Below, piece after piece: positions 55,315 through 55,420 of a stretch of DNA of 55,420 nt (its first letter is position 1; the number at the start of each line of letters is the position of its first letter). The notes beneath the pieces are model-generated. The model did no database searches and was not told the origin of the DNA. It saw only the letters and a program-made list of their open reading frames with translations. Origin of the DNA: a virus (lineage: Duplodnaviria; Caudoviricetes); IMG/VR virus record IMGVR_UViG_3300024254_000010, positions 1 through 55,420 of that record; one strand, 5' to 3'. Both the position numbers and the translations under genes were made by a program.

Positions 55315-55420
55315 TAACCATACTTCTTCCTGTAATGTGCCTTGCAAAGCTTGAGTGCGTACTGCGGTTTTCCACACACCTTACAAATCAATTTGCCGCA
55401 CTTCCCGCATGGGATCTTTC
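55272..55420 (+). repeat. Terminal repeat copy 2, with a 69-nt deletion relative to 1-218
   Basis: 55272-55387 = 1-116; 55388-55420 = 186-218. Confidence 0.92.

Overview
The window is an apparently complete, circularly permuted dsDNA tailed-phage genome of about 55,271 bp. Positions 1-116 recur at 55272-55387. The gene set is podovirus-like: TerL, a probable portal, scaffold and major capsid protein, connector/nozzle proteins and internal ejection proteins, with no tape measure or sheath. Host is inferred to be Verrucomicrobiota, from TN-rich secreted proteins, a Y-x-x-[QE]-x-S-x-D-[LF]-x-x-W C-terminal motif, and mostly SD-less starts. Layout: late/structural genes on + (about 25.9 kb to the end, then 1 to 10.5 kb) with terL inverted inside them; a replication/recombination operon on - (10.5-17.5 kb: initiator, ERF, PD-(D/E)XK nuclease); a MoxR-AAA/vWA pair (18.3-20.5 kb); and a - strand block of small exported proteins ending in highly structured non-coding sequence (21.6-25.8 kb). 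Most notable: (i) the fibre/spike-like genes carry Sec-type signal peptides and are saturated with TN dipeptides, next to an outer-membrane beta-barrel, in a phage that also encodes a glycosyltransferase/methyltransferase cluster, a radical SAM enzyme and Cys-rich virion proteins; (ii) a RusA-like resolvase whose two halves sit in two overlapping reading frames; (iii) a multi-domain structured RNA candidate; (iv) small genes bounded by 13-16 bp direct repeats. No integrase, endolysin, tRNA, CRISPR or reverse transcriptase was recognised. All calls are by eye; no searches were run.
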